A DNA stretch of 63,894 bases, filler included, from Octopus bimaculoides (Eukaryota), in assembly GCF_001194135.2 (NCBI RefSeq). It is 5 parts of 5 records of this genome, joined end to end, with 100 filler letters (N's around TTAATTAATTAA, not from the genome) between each part and the next. Parts side by side here need not be neighbours in the genome. Positions count along the whole stretch, not along the records: positions 1 to 16,054 come from NC_068989.1; positions 16,155 to 18,676 come from NC_068993.1; positions 18,777 to 44,018 come from NC_068981.1; 2 more parts are not named here. The stretch is one strand, 5' to 3'. The position numbers were made by a program, and so were the translations under genes. Below are positions 12,346 through 25,764 of the stretch, one piece after another. The notes beneath the pieces are model-generated. The model did not search any database, had not been told where the DNA came from, and worked only from the letters and a program-made list of their open reading frames with translations. The first letter of the stretch is position 1, and each line of letters starts with the position of its first letter.

Positions 12346-13150
12346 CATATTTATTTTAAATTTTAGAACAAGACCAGCAATTTCGGGGCAGGGTAATTTG
12401 AGTACATTGACTCCAGTGCTCACCTGATAGTTATATTATCAGCTTTCGAAAGGATAAAGAATTAAATTCGACCTCAGTATGTAAGGATGGATGAAATGCT
12501 GCTAAGCATTTTGCCCAGTCAGTTAACGATTCTGTCAACTCCACACCTTAGAACGTATATTGTTTGTAGTTATTTACTATGTTTTTTGTGAAATGTAAAA
12601 GTAAACGTTGTGAGACCTCCCATCAATTTCAGATGTTAGGAATACAGTGCGCTCAATGTAGACAAATGTGTGAATGTCATTTCTATATTTGTATAGTTTA
12701 AAGACTGGCAATGTCTAATAGGCTCTCATAATAATTGTATTTGTACAATACATCACTCCCACTCACACAATTTAATAAACATTAGCGTGGTCCCTAAATA
12801 TAATGGAAATTATAACCTAATATGCCTCAAATTAAATATCAAGGGCTTTAAAGCAATTAAAGAAGACACAGATATATATCCACACAAACACACATGGGCA
12901 CACACAGGAACGCACACAAACACACACACACACACACACACACATATTGGATTAATGTCGAGTGCCATATGAATGAATGTTACATAGCATTTTAAATGCA
13001 GAATAAGTAACCTGCCTGAAGAACCCAGTGCACCTGCAGGCTAAACTTTGAATGGCAAGCGACCGACTGTAGACAAGTAAAAATATTACTGACCGCTACT
13101 ATACAATCGTGTAACCTTTCATCCCGCATTCGGATGTAAATGGGTGAACA

Positions 13151-13220
<70 letters not shown>

Positions 13221-13244
13221 TATATATATACATACATATATATA

Positions 13245-14005
13245 TGGCTGTGGATGACTAAAATGATTTAAAACCGGAAACGGAGGCTCTAATCTGCGCT
13301 GCCCAAGAGCAAGCACTAAGAACAAACTACATAAAATACAGAATTGACAACACAGCAGAAAGTGATAAGTGCAGTATCTGTGGACAAAATGGTGAAACAG
13401 TATGGCATATTACCAGCCAATGTGCCCCACTAGTCTAGAAGGAATATAAGAGACGCCACGACAATATAGCCCGGCTTGTCTAGTGGACACTTTGAAACAA
13501 GTATGGACTTGACAGAGCCAAAAAGTGGTATGACCACAAACCTGAAGGTATCGTTGAAAATAGAAATGCAAAGATCCTATGGGATTTTATGATTCAGTGC
13601 AATCATGAGATAGAGAATAGGAAGCCAGACATAGTCTTAATTGAGAAAGAAAACAAACTATGCTGGATCATAGATATAGCATGCCCAGCTGACAAGTTAT
13701 GCGATAAGGAAGAAATGTCGAGAGATATGACAGGTGAGCTTGGGAGGTCAAGCAGTTGTGGTCGATGAAAAAGGTAGCAGTATTATCAATAATTGTCGGA
13801 GCACTGGAAACGGTGACCAAATATCTCGAGAAGCACGTGGAACAAACAGGAGCTGAAATGAGGAGCACTTGCAGAAAACAGCACTGCTTGGAACCGCTGG
13901 AATACTCCGAAAGGTGTTCGAAAAATAATAGGTGTTACCTTAGTTCACTGGTAGTGAACAGCTGACACTGTAGTACATTTTCAGCGTTAGAGGCTGTGCA
14001 AAGGC

Positions 14006-14070
<65 letters not shown>
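13245..14070 (+). mobile_element. R4/Dong-clade LINE 3' fragment with restriction-like endonuclease and (AAT)n tail
   Basis: ETEALICAAQEQALRTNY, CCHC finger CSICGQNGETVWHITSQC, YKRRHD, ILWDFMIQ...RKPDIVLIEK...IIDIACP, LQKTALLGTA; ends in (AAT)n at 14008-14067; stops and frameshifts present. Confidence 0.85.
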
Positions 14071-15827
14071 CAACGATGATAATGGCTTCTATTTTAAGAG
14101 CAACTCAGCATTTTTTTTCTTTAGGAGAGAAGGATTATCTAGGCAATCAGTCTCATTACTTGACTGGTACTTTGTAAATTCTAGAAGGATAAAAGCAAAC
14201 TTCAACTCGATGAGATTCGGAAAAAAATGAAAATGACTTAAACCAATATTACAAGGAAATTTCGCGAATCCTCGACTATTTTTCGCCTATTAATAATAAC
14301 ATTAACGACAATACTTTCTTTCATAGCTAGTAATATTGACCGTGAAGATCGCAGTTTTCACACTGCAATTTGTGACACTGGACGCCTGGTTTCTAAAAAT
14401 GTGGTTTATTTTAAACTTAATGTAAGGCGTCTAAACGTTGATCAGTATAAAGACATAATAATAGCTTATCACTCAAGTTAGAGTCGTCATACCCAATATC
14501 GTGATGGAAAATTGTAATTACATATTAATGCCTACGTGGTGTAGAGAAGAAAACTTTAGTCCAATGAATAATATTAATTTAATCTTTGCAAATGTGGACA
14601 ACAATTTAAGATATATTTTGTTCTTCGTAGGTATTGACAGCGAAATCTAGCCTTCTCAGTATCTGTCAGATTATTGATAAGATAATCACTGTATCTATTT
14701 TCTACACCAGTAGGCGGGAAATATATTAAACACGTCTACACTTGGATATGAGTATTATAGGGGATAGAAATATCTAACGAGCAGAGCGTAGTGGTTCCAT
14801 ACAAGAAGGAATTTGAAATAGCTTTAATGCTAAAATTTTAAACGGTCCTTTTTACAATTTCAAAATAAATGATTTTTAATAAGTATTTTAGACGTTATCA
14901 ATCTCAAATTGAAACTATTTCTTTTTCAGATCCCTTAGTGATGTCTTCTCCCTGTACACTATGGAGCCATGTCTACGATCTCAGAATCAGTACCTAATTC
15001 ATTAACTATTCAGTTAAGACAAACGGAATTGGCATGTTCACTGTTCTCCTGAAATCATCGCTAAACCGGCAACAAAACAAATTAAACTCTTTTTATTTTA
15101 TCCTTCTAAAAGGAGGTATTGTTGGCTTTAAGATCTGGCATGCAAGTGGACCTGCGTTTAAGTTCTTTTTATAAAGAAATATTTTATTTTCTACAACCTC
15201 CTGATATAAAAATTACAGTGATAAAAATAGCAGAGTATAGAATCTAGGTAATACACAGAATGGATAGGAAGTTACCTCATACTTCCAATATTAAGTGGCG
15301 AAAGAGTGATAATAAAATCGGTCATCTCAACATAATGAAACTAATAACTCCTGAAATATGTTATAACAAAACATTGAAACCTAAAATGTTATCCACGGTA
15401 AAAAAAATAGATGTAGAATATGTTAATATCAATTACTGGATGGTTTGATTCAGGAAAACAATGTTACAATCAATTGACCGAGCAAGGGTATATACATTAA
15501 TGATACTGCCTAATATAATCATCTCAGAGTAATGATATATAGAAAATCTAATATCTCGATACCTCTGCAAACCTCTCAGCAACCTTCATTTGGATTAAAC
15601 TTAAATGATAGATTAACAATGAATGGAAAAGTAATCACAAATTATACATACATACAGACATACACACACATGCATACATACATACATATATACACAGAAA
15701 CACACACACACACACATATACACATATGTATATATATATGTATATATATGTGTGTGCGTGTGAATCAATTTAAAACCAGTGGCCTGGCAATTAAAAAGTC
15801 TGAAAATTCAGAAAAATTATATTACAA

Positions 15828-16028
15828 GCGTATAAGAAGGGATGACCACTAAGTGGACATCAACGACCCAACCACAAAGAAAAATAATGTTCTTCAGAAA
15901 TAATTTAGCAAACACCAGAACATAAGCGGGCAAGACAAAATGAAAGATATACAAAATGTGGTTGAGTCGTTGATGACCTCTTTCTTGCATATTAGATGTC
16001 CACTTAGTGGTCATCCCTTCTTATACGC
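15828..16028. mobile_element. 201-bp MITE-like element with perfect 34-bp terminal inverted repeats
   Basis: GCGTATAAGAAGGGATGACCACTAAGTGGACATC at 15828-15861 is the exact reverse complement of 15995-16028. Confidence 0.75.
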
Positions 16029-16154
16029 ATGTATGTATATATATATATATATATNNNNNNNNNNNNNNNNNNNNNNNNNNNNNNNNNNNNNNNNNNNNTT
16101 AATTAATTAANNNNNNNNNNNNNNNNNNNNNNNNNNNNNNNNNNNNNNNNNNNN

Positions 16155-16203
16155 GCGCTCAGTAGTGAAGTGAAAGCACGTTATAAAAATAAAACTACTG
16201 AAC

Positions 16204-16292
<89 letters not shown>

Positions 16293-16640
16293 CAAGAACA
16301 ACATTAATAATAATAATACCAGTCGTGACTTACAGTTTCAATATCATTATCTGGTCAATTACTGAAATATGTAATCGTGACAGAAAAATACGAAAACTAT
16401 TGACAATGCATAGAATGCACCACCCTATGGCAGATATAGGACGACTTTATCTGTGAAGAAAAGATGGAGGCCGCTGAATTTTACAACTGGAATTAACAAT
16501 GAAGATTGCCACATGTGGCCTAGACATCTACCTGAAAACTCTGAGGCCTGGATGTTAAAACTTGTCTCAAAACATGAAAACAAGAAAGCATCATACTCAA
16601 TAACAAAACAGGCAAAGGAATACTAAGGGAGTTCCAAATA
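16155..16640 (+). mobile_element. R4/Dong 3' UTR, (AAT)n array and a second R4/Dong RT C-terminal fragment
   Basis: 16160-16200 GTAGTGAAGTGAAAGCACGTTATAAAAATAAAACTACTGAA matches the 3' end at 47715-47760 (minus). (AAT)n spans 16203-16315. 16316-16640 reads PVVTYSF...DRKIRKLLTMHRMHHPMADIGRLYL*RKDGGR. Confidence 0.75.
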
Positions 16641-18602
16641 CGAGCTAAATAAGAAAATAAACAAATTTTAGTTTAAATACTAGAATTATTATACATTTTC
16701 TATTGATGTTACTAAGGTGTATATATATACTTTATCATGGTTTTTAGTGATTAAGCTATTTTATTCCTTTTCTATGGTGTTCTACCCTACCTGATCATTT
16801 TAATTCTTTACAATTGCCTTTATGAAATAAACCTAATTTTTGTACCCCTATAAATTCATACTTAGCTTATATAAAACGATACCGGTATCTTCACTAAAAA
16901 TAAACTGCTTAGATTATAATTTAATTAATATATACTTAGCATGTTCGTTCGCCTCAGTAGTACTTAAAAACATACCAGTAAATACTAATGATAAATCTTC
17001 ACAGATACCATCTAAGTTAGTATTTAAATATATAATATGTATAAATATTAAACTATTTCTATGTAATTTCTTTTCCTCCCTATATTGTGGTAAAATTTGG
17101 CATATACTCTAAAGTATTCAAAAATTTTATCCTTTTGTTATAATAGTCTTCTTAATAATCTTCTGAGTAACCCTAAATTTTAACTTTATACAATAGGTCA
17201 ATATTGCTTAAAATATTTAGCTATAGTACCCCATGATAAAATTCCCCCTGTATCATTATCAATGGTCTACTAGTGGCTTGCCCCATTAAATCGTCAGCTA
17301 ACATCTTGATTTAAGATTTCTTTTACCAAATCTCATTATATAGCTTCAAATTAATTTTGGTAGTTTTATGACTATACCGACTATAATTTCTGTCGACTCC
17401 CTCAGCCCCATCCTAACAGACACTACTCCTTGTTCCGTTGTCTTATATTTTGATATAAAAAGATTTGATAAACAAGGCTATAAATTAAAACTGACCCCAA
17501 AACACAGTGACAAGCTAGATCAATAACAAGTCTTTCTTCCTGATACCTTAGTAGCTTCTAAGATGAAGTGAAGACAGCATATTCTGTGTCTATCTCCTTA
17601 CCTTCTTGTAGGTTTTAGGTAATATTATACTAATGTGTCCATCTGTTTAATTCTATGTCTTTATGCAGCTGAGGATTGCTCTGCATTTAAATTGATGTAA
17701 TGATTGTATTGCTTAATTAAATGGATTTGCTTGAAACGATCGTACTGCATTACCTCTGGATATCCTCGTTAATTATTTTGATTTTAATCAACTTATTTTG
17801 AAATTGAATGTATGATACAGTACTAAATCCTGGTGTCTCAACTTAAGAACCTAATTCATCTGNNNNNNNNNNNNNNNNNNNNNNNNNNNNNNNNNNNNNN
17901 NNNNNNNNNNNNNNNNNNNNNNNNNNNNNNNNNNNNNNNNNNNNNNNNNNNNNNNNNNNNNNNNNNNNNNNNNNNNNNNNNNNNNNNNNNNNNNNNNNNN
18001 NNNNNNNNNNNNNNNNNNNNNNNNNNNNNNNNNNNNNNNNNNNNNNNNNNNNNNNNNNNNNNNNNNNNNNNNNNNNNNNNNNNNNNNNNNNNNNNNNNNN
18101 NNNNNNNNNNNNNNNNNNNNNNNNNNNNNNNNNNNNNNNNNNNNNNNNNNNNNNNNNNNNNNNNNNNNNNNNNNNNNNNNNNNNNNNNNNNNNNNNNNNN
18201 NNNNNNNNNNNNNNNNNNNNNNNNNNNNNNNNNNNNNNNNNNNNNNNNNNNNTATGTAACTATAGTTGGAATTTCCCAAATCAAAAGACGAAGATAGGTT
18301 TATAAACAACAAACAAGGGGTATTGTTTTAACGCTCGAGAAGGTGAAAAAGTCTTTTACGTTTCAAGCCTACGCTCTTCAACAGAAAGGGACACGAGAAA
18401 ATAAACAGAGAAAATAAAAAAGACGCTTTAGTTGCTAGCAGTTAATCATGGCGGTGGGCTGGCTGGACGATATACACAGACATACATATTTAGGTATATA
18501 CATATATATATACACATAAATATATACATACACATATATACACGTATATACATATGTATATATACGTATATATATACACACACATATATATATATACACA
18601 CA

Positions 18603-18676
<74 letters not shown>

Positions 18677-18796
18677 NNNNNNNNNNNNNNNNNNNNNNNN
18701 NNNNNNNNNNNNNNNNNNNNTTAATTAATTAANNNNNNNNNNNNNNNNNNNNNNNNNNNNNNNNNNNNNNNNNNNNTATATATATATATATATATA

Positions 18797-20079
18797 TCAG
18801 GTCATCCAATAAGTTCTGTCCGATTTTACCTTTTTTAAAATTGAATGAAATTTAATGGTATCTTAGAATGTCTAATGGAATTATTTTTATGCATTTGTGT
18901 ACATTTAAACTAATTAAATATTATTTTATAGAATAATAGAATTAAAATTTCTTTGATTAAAACCCTTTCTAACATAGAAGTATCCAAAGACCATTTAAGG
19001 CACATAATGCTTTTTATGAGTACAAAAAAGGAATCTTCGCAGCCGAAGCGACTCGAAACATACACTCAGTTTATGGGAAATAATGCTTGAATGAAAGAAC
19101 TTGCAGAAGATGGTTTGCAAAATTCAGAAGTGGAGATTTCAGCCTTGAAGATGAAGATCGAACAAGACGTCCAGCTAAGTTTGATGATAAGCTCCATGAG
19201 GCATTACTTGAAGAAAATCCTGCATTATCAGTTGAAGAATTGGCAATAAAACTTAGTTCAAACCATACAACAGTTCATTATCATCTTCAACAACTTGGAA
19301 ACGTTCCTAAACTTAGAAAAAAGGTGCCTCATGAATTGTTCGAAGGTAACCGCAAATCACGAGTTGACATCTGCTCATCTCTCCATTCTAGCGAACTCAT
19401 TCCACCCTTCTTGGATAGACTTGTGACTGGTGACGAAAAATGGATTTTCTATCGAAATGTTAAACGTCGTAAATAGTGGCTTGGTAAAAGGGAAAAAGCT
19501 CAACCACAACCAAGAAGGGAACTTCATGAGAAAAAGCTTCTTCTCTCTATCTGGTGGGATTGCAAAGAAGTAATTCACTTGGAATTGTTACCACCTAATG
19601 CAACAAACAAATGCTCAAGTCTATTGTCAGCAATTAGAGCGTTTGAACCAAGCTTTGAAGAAAAAAAGACCCGCTTTAGTGAATCGAAAAGGAGTGATGT
19701 TTCATCAGGAAAATGCACGATCCCACACTGCAAAGATAACATCACAGAAGATCGAAGAGTTTGGCTGAGAAAAAATCTCTCATCTACCTTATTCTTCCGA
19801 CCTTGCTCCTTCTGACTACCATTTGTTTCGTAATTTACAGAATCATTTGGGGGACATAACTTTCGCAAGCCAGGAGGAGGTCGAAACTGATATTTTAGAG
19901 TTCTTTGCTTTGAAACCAAAAGAGTTTTACATTGATGGGATTAAAAAGCTTGTAAATAGATGGAAGGAAGTCATAGATAATCAGGGAAGTACATTGATGA
20001 TTAAATTTCAATTAAATATAACATTTGATTATTTGTTTTCTTTATTCAAAATTCGGACAGAGCTTATGGGATGACCTGA
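18797..20079 (+). mobile_element. Full-length (1283 bp) defective mariner (DD34D-type) transposon
   Basis: TIRs TCAGGTCATCCAATAAGTTCTGTCCGA and TCGGACAGAGCTTATGGGATGACCTGA flanked by TA. Transposase motifs VPHEL, VTGDEKW, HQENARSH and PYSSDLAPSDYHLF; several stops and frameshifts. Confidence 0.93.
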
Positions 20080-20080
20080 T

Positions 20081-20163
<83 letters not shown>

Positions 20164-21180
20164 GTATATATATATGTATGTATAAATGTATGTATGTATA
20201 TATGTATTTGTATACAGAGAAAGAGAGAGAGGGAGAGAAAGAGAGATATTATATTTCTAAAACCTGCTCATGGTTTTTTCCTATATAAACTATTTGTATA
20301 ATAAAATAAATTGTCCTCACCGGTATATGACCAACCTGTGAAAAAGAAAAAAGAAAAAAAAAGTTATTTATTTTGGAAAAGAATCAATATGTGAATACAT
20401 GTAAAACGTTTCAAAATTTTTTATCTAAACTTTTTGCTCATAAGAAAATCGTGTATAATAAGTATAATTGTGTATTATAAATGTAATGTATAATAAATGT
20501 AATCCGAAAATGATAAGGAAATTTCAAATTTCTGTCAAATACACAATGTTAATTAAGCTGTTTCCCAATGCTCATTTTGCAACCCATTCACACAAATTGA
20601 GTTCCAACTTTAAGCACATTACCTTACATTTGTCGAAGTTTTATTTTTCATTGTTTGGATATCTTGTAGTTTATTTTATCGATCCTCGGAGGGATTGAAT
20701 CCAAGGTTGTTGTCACTAAGATTTGATTTCAGAATGTAAAGTATTTAACTAAAAGCCCCCAACATAATTGATTTGATATCCTAGCGATTTTGAGAACGAC
20801 AGCCAAAAATACTTATAAGCATTTTAACCCATCGAAACGTATCCTTGATTTAATTCTATAATGCGACCTTTACTTAAGTGCAAAACCAATATTTCAGGCG
20901 TTTGTGTAATTCAAAATGAGAAGTTTCATCACAGATTAACTTTAAACAGATTGCATTAGCTATAAGGCAATATTTATTCTCTACCATGATACTTGAAATA
21001 TTTTCGTAAGCTTATTTTTTAACTTAATGATCTAAGCTTCTACACTTTAATGAGTTAATTTTCTTTCGTCTACATTGGAAGGTAATATTCAAATCCAAAT
21101 CAATTAACATCTGGAGATCTTAATCAATATCGTGATTGATTATCCCGTCGAAAACGGCGTATGAGAGTTCAGTTTTTGCC

Positions 21181-21420
21181 GAACGACCTGCACAAATGAT
21201 TTGTTTATAGTGATCAAATATTCATTAGCTCACTGTCTCCATCTAATCGATGTTGTCTGAAGAGAACCACGGTGTACCACGTGTCAGGTGTCGAGCTGGT
21301 CGTAGAGCAACGTGAGATGAAATGTTCTGCTCAAGAACCCAACGCACCATCAGATCCACGAATTGAAACTCCCACCTCACACTCGTGAATGTAACACCCT
21401 AACCACCAGGCCATGCGTCC
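21181..21420 (-). mobile_element. tRNA-derived SINE (family C)
   Basis: Minus strand begins GCATGGCCTGGTGGTTAGGG (A-box) ... GTTCTTGAGCAGAACATTTCATCTCACGTTGCTC, similar to 32670-32960. Confidence 0.6.
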
Positions 21421-23190
21421 TTAATCAATATTGTAAGAAGTATATATTATTTGAACAAATGTATTAACATGCGATATGTAAGGGTAAGGATAATCCACAA
21501 GAGGCGAAATATCAAAGTGGATAAAACATATAGTGAGTCCCTGTATCTCAAAAGATATCTTGTTATGTTTATGAGTAAAAAGACTTGCCTTAATATATTA
21601 ACTAAGAAAATAGGTTTCTGGGGAAAAAGCACTATTTTACATACATAATACTTCAGAATCCAGAAATAATCCCAAACTCTTTGGACCCTTTTGTTAAATG
21701 ATGCACTTATATTTCACAAGTGATGTCGTTTGGTACGGTTTCTTTATTTAAATGTACTTGAAGAATAGCGGGTTCAATTTTTAATTTCATAAATCCATGA
21801 AACATTTTTCAAGTGAGTTACTTAATTATTCTAAGTCTTTCAATTTTAATCATTCAACTAACCAATAATTAGCGTGATCCAAACCAATTAACGTTTTTGA
21901 TTGAAATAATAAATATACCGAATATATTTCATAGTAAATATATTTTGTTTGTAACTTAAAAAAAAAAAATATAAGAATTCAGATTTCATCCAATCTAATG
22001 TTCATTTAATCATTGAGAACATATATAACTTACAACTTTGCACATAAAGTTTAGCTCAGTTTAAAATACATGTAGTTTCGCCAAGAGAGAACAGCTGAAA
22101 GTATGAATAGAAATGCTCGAGATACGTAATTCCATCTGTATTACTGGTTAGTATAGACAGTTGTCAAAATAATTAATATTTTTCCTATTACTTTTTGATG
22201 TTTTAATAAGTGACAGGATAACGGCGGTGTTTGTCAAAAAAAAAAAAAGAAAAATAGTCGTAAATTATCCCGTGCATTGACTTTTTTTTCGGATGTGTAT
22301 GCTTATGTATCACAGATTACGAATTTATAAAAATAAATAGATAAATAAGGTGGATGAGGAAGTCAAAATTGAAATTTTACGGAAAAAGGCAAGGTCAGCG
22401 CTCCAAAATCTCACAAACCCTTATTTTTCTATATAAGCTACTTAAAACACACATCTGAAGAAATTACGATTTTGGGTCGAAAATTTCTGGCTCTTCTCTT
22501 TACGGGTAGCGATGAATTTAACATTTGAACCTGAAAGTTCGAGGGATAAGGCGGAGCCTGAGACAAAAATTAACGTTATTGAAATGGAAAGAATACGAAA
22601 ATAAACACTATAACATGTAAAGTATATAAACAAGTGATATATTCTAAGTTATTAGACTGACGGATCAACACATCGATAAATGAGAAAATATTTTATTTAA
22701 GAAAATAAGATTTACATGATTACCTGCTACAAAGAACAAATTTTTAGATAAGATACACAATACAACATCGATGATGGACAGTAAAATGAAAATAATGATG
22801 ATTCAATAAGAGTAAGATCATTCATATTTTTCGATTCAAGTATTTATAAAATTTTTTCACTAAAAGTTATATACTATCGGTTTCTTTAACGGGTTGATAG
22901 GGGTAATAGATAATCCTTTATATCCTTTATATCCTTATCACATAGCCACGTTTGCAACCTTATATATATNNNNNNNNNNNNNNNNNNNNNNNNNNNNNNN
23001 NNNNNNNNNNNNNNNNNNNNNNNNNNNNNNNNNNNNNNNNNNNNNNNNNNNNNNNNNNNNNNNNNNNNNNNNNNNNNNNNNNNNNNNNNNNNNNNNNNNN
23101 NNNNNNNNNNNNNNNNNNNNNNNNNNNNNNNNNNNNNNNNNNNNNNNNNNNNNNNNNNNNNNNNNNNNNNNNNNNNNNNNNNNNNNNNNN

Positions 23191-23326
23191 GTGGCACCCT
23201 GGGCAAGTGTTTTCTACTATAGACTAGGGCCGACCATAGCCTTGTGAGTGAATCTAGTAAAAGGAAACTGAAAAAAAACCTATCGTGTATATATATATAT
23301 ATATTATGTAAGTAGGTATATTTGTA

Positions 23327-23367
<41 letters not shown>

Positions 23368-23575
23368 ATCCCCCCCATCGCCACTTGAAAACTGGTTTAG
23401 TGTGTTTACGTCCCCCCGTAACTTAGTAGTTCGGCAAAAGAAACCGATGGAATAAGCACCAGGCTTAAGAAATAAGTCCTCGTGTCGATTTGTTCGACTA
23501 ATACCCTTCAAGGAGGTACTCCAGCATAGCAATAGTCAACTGATTGAAACAAGTAAAAATACAAGAATAAAAGAA
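23191..23575 (+). mobile_element. SINE family A, body and tail, 5' end in gap
   Basis: GTGGCACCCTGGGCAAGTG...GCCGACCATAGCCTTGTGAG...CCCCCGTAACTTAG...GTCGATTTGTTCGACT...GAAACAAGTAAAA. Confidence 0.8.
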
Positions 23576-23635
23576 GATAGATATATTCCGAACAACGCTG
23601 GATGATTAAGATAAAAATCTCAAAAACAAACTTAC

Positions 23636-23702
23636 CGCTGCCTGCTGTAGCTGCTCCTACAAAGGCTAGGCATATTAAAGTTATGTAAGTCGCTGAAGTC
23701 AT
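23636..23702 (-). CDS. Putative first coding exon of a secreted protein (signal peptide MTSATYITLICLAFVGAATAGS)
   Basis: ATG at 23702, hydrophobic core ending ATA (AxA cleavage pattern), followed at once by a phase-1 donor CG|GTAAGT. No downstream exon could be confirmed. Confidence 0.45.
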
Positions 23703-23913
23703 TGTTAAAAACCTTCTTTAGTTGGTAAATGATGTTAATACTTAGAGCCGTCCCAGGACACAAATGATAACACCGAAAATATGAACAACTGCTGTCTGCG
23801 TCTATCGTTTTTAAACACAGCTAGTAGCAGTGCATTATTTCTAATTTGTATTCGTTTATGTACATACAAACACTCTTACTGTTGTTTATATACGCGTGTG
23901 CTTGCGAGGGTCT

Positions 23914-23958
<45 letters not shown>

Positions 23959-24492
23959 CACACACGCACACGTCCGCACACGTAAACAAACTTACTAAGA
24001 CGCACACACGCACACAAAAAGATAACTAACAGAAATATAGTTAGCATACTGATGTGGGGGTTGTGCTCTGTAGAAGCGACTAAAAGTTTGACCCGCCCAT
24101 AGGCCGACAGCGTGTCGATTATGCATGAATAAAATAAAATAAAATAGATAACAAAAATAAAATTGTTTTTAACGATGGTTCAGAAATATAAAGAAATTAA
24201 TTTACATACTTTAATTGGGTTTATAAAGAGGAATGAGTGAAGAATGAAAAATGAAAGAGAAAAAAGAAAAAAGATCAAACTGAAGAACAGTGGACTTGGA
24301 AATTTCCTCAGCAAATCCGTGTATAGTGTAAGTAAACAGCAGATTCCGACACGGTTGAAATCTCTCACCTTTCCCTGTACAATCGATACGTGTGAAGGGC
24401 GTACCATAGAAATGAGGAGGAGCTATATTTTGTTATACTTGAAAGTTGTTAGTTTCTCCGTTCAGTAACACATCTGCTGTGTGAGCGTGCAA

Positions 24493-24526
<34 letters not shown>

Positions 24527-24581
24527 CATGTATGTATGTATGTATGCNNNNNNNNNNNNNNNNNNNNNNNNNNNNNNNNNN

Positions 24582-24623
<42 letters not shown>

Positions 24624-24940
24624 CCGCTGTGTGAGTGAGTTCTCTTTATCTCTAAACAGCATTACCGCTGTTTAGACATTTCTCCTGAGTTAGTTGCATT
24701 ACATTTCGAAAAACTCTATTTACCTATCTTTATATCTAAATCTGCTTATCTGTCTGCCTTACTAGCTAGCTAATTAGCTAGTTAGTTAATTGACTATCTG
24801 TCTGTCTGTGTGTCTACCTGTTTGTCGATCTACCTAGATAAATATCTATCTGTCGGTATATCTATATATCTACTTTCTACTTCTTTAGTTATCTACCGTC
24901 GGTCTTTCAAATTTTCTCTAATAATTTCTCTCTCTCTCTT

Positions 24941-24998
<58 letters not shown>

Positions 24999-25045
24999 AT
25001 ATATAAGTGTAGTTATCAGAAAATGCTCATGCTGCCTTATGTTTG

Positions 25046-25076
<31 letters not shown>

Positions 25077-25262
25077 AAATGAATGTATTATGCATACTAG
25101 GACCTGTGCACCAGTGTGAGCGTTTCTGCTTTAGAGTGTGTGTATGTATGTGTGTGCGCGCATCTAAGTGCGAGTGAATCTTTTTTCTTTCTTTTATTTT
25201 CTTTTTTTTTTCTTCTTCTTTTTTTTTGTAATTCCGATCGCATTTTTAAATACCGATCATCG

Positions 25263-25483
25263 GGCGGCGAGCTGGCAGAAACGTTAGCACGCCGGGCGAA
25301 ATGCTCAGCGACATTTCGTCTGTCGTTACGTTCTGAGTTCAAAATCCGCCGAGGTCAACTTTCGGGGTCGATTAAATAAGTACCAGTTACGCACTGGGGT
25401 CGATATAATCGACTTAATCCGTCTGTCTGTCCTTGTTTGTCCCCTCTGTGTGTAGCCCCTTGTGGGCAGTAAAGAAATAAGAA
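25263..25483 (+). mobile_element. tRNA-derived SINE family B, well-preserved copy
   Basis: GGCGGCGAGCTGGCAGAAACGTTAG (A-box), GAGTTCAAAATCC (B-box-like), GGGGTCGATTAAATAAGTACCAG body and A-rich tail; a partial second copy follows at ~25495-25610. Confidence 0.8.
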
Positions 25484-25764
25484 TCGTTACCGCACCGGAG
25501 AAAAAAAAATTGCTTAGCCGCATTTCTTCCGACTTTACCTTCTGAGTCCAAATGCCGCCAGTGCCGACTTTGCCTTTCGTACTTTTGGAGTTGATAAAGT
25601 AAGTACCAACTTAATATTGTATCTTTGTAATTGACTTACCCATCCTCCGAAACCAATATTAACGGTTGCATTTACTAAAAGGGAGAAGAATTCCGTGTAG
25701 CAAGAGCGGATTAGCATTAGTTAAATAAAAAAGGTAAAAAAAAAATCTATTATACCCATACACA

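Noticed and set aside
22034-22094. Minus-strand segment with strong acceptor and GTAAGT donor
   Set aside because: It has stop codons in all three frames, so there is no support as an internal coding exon.
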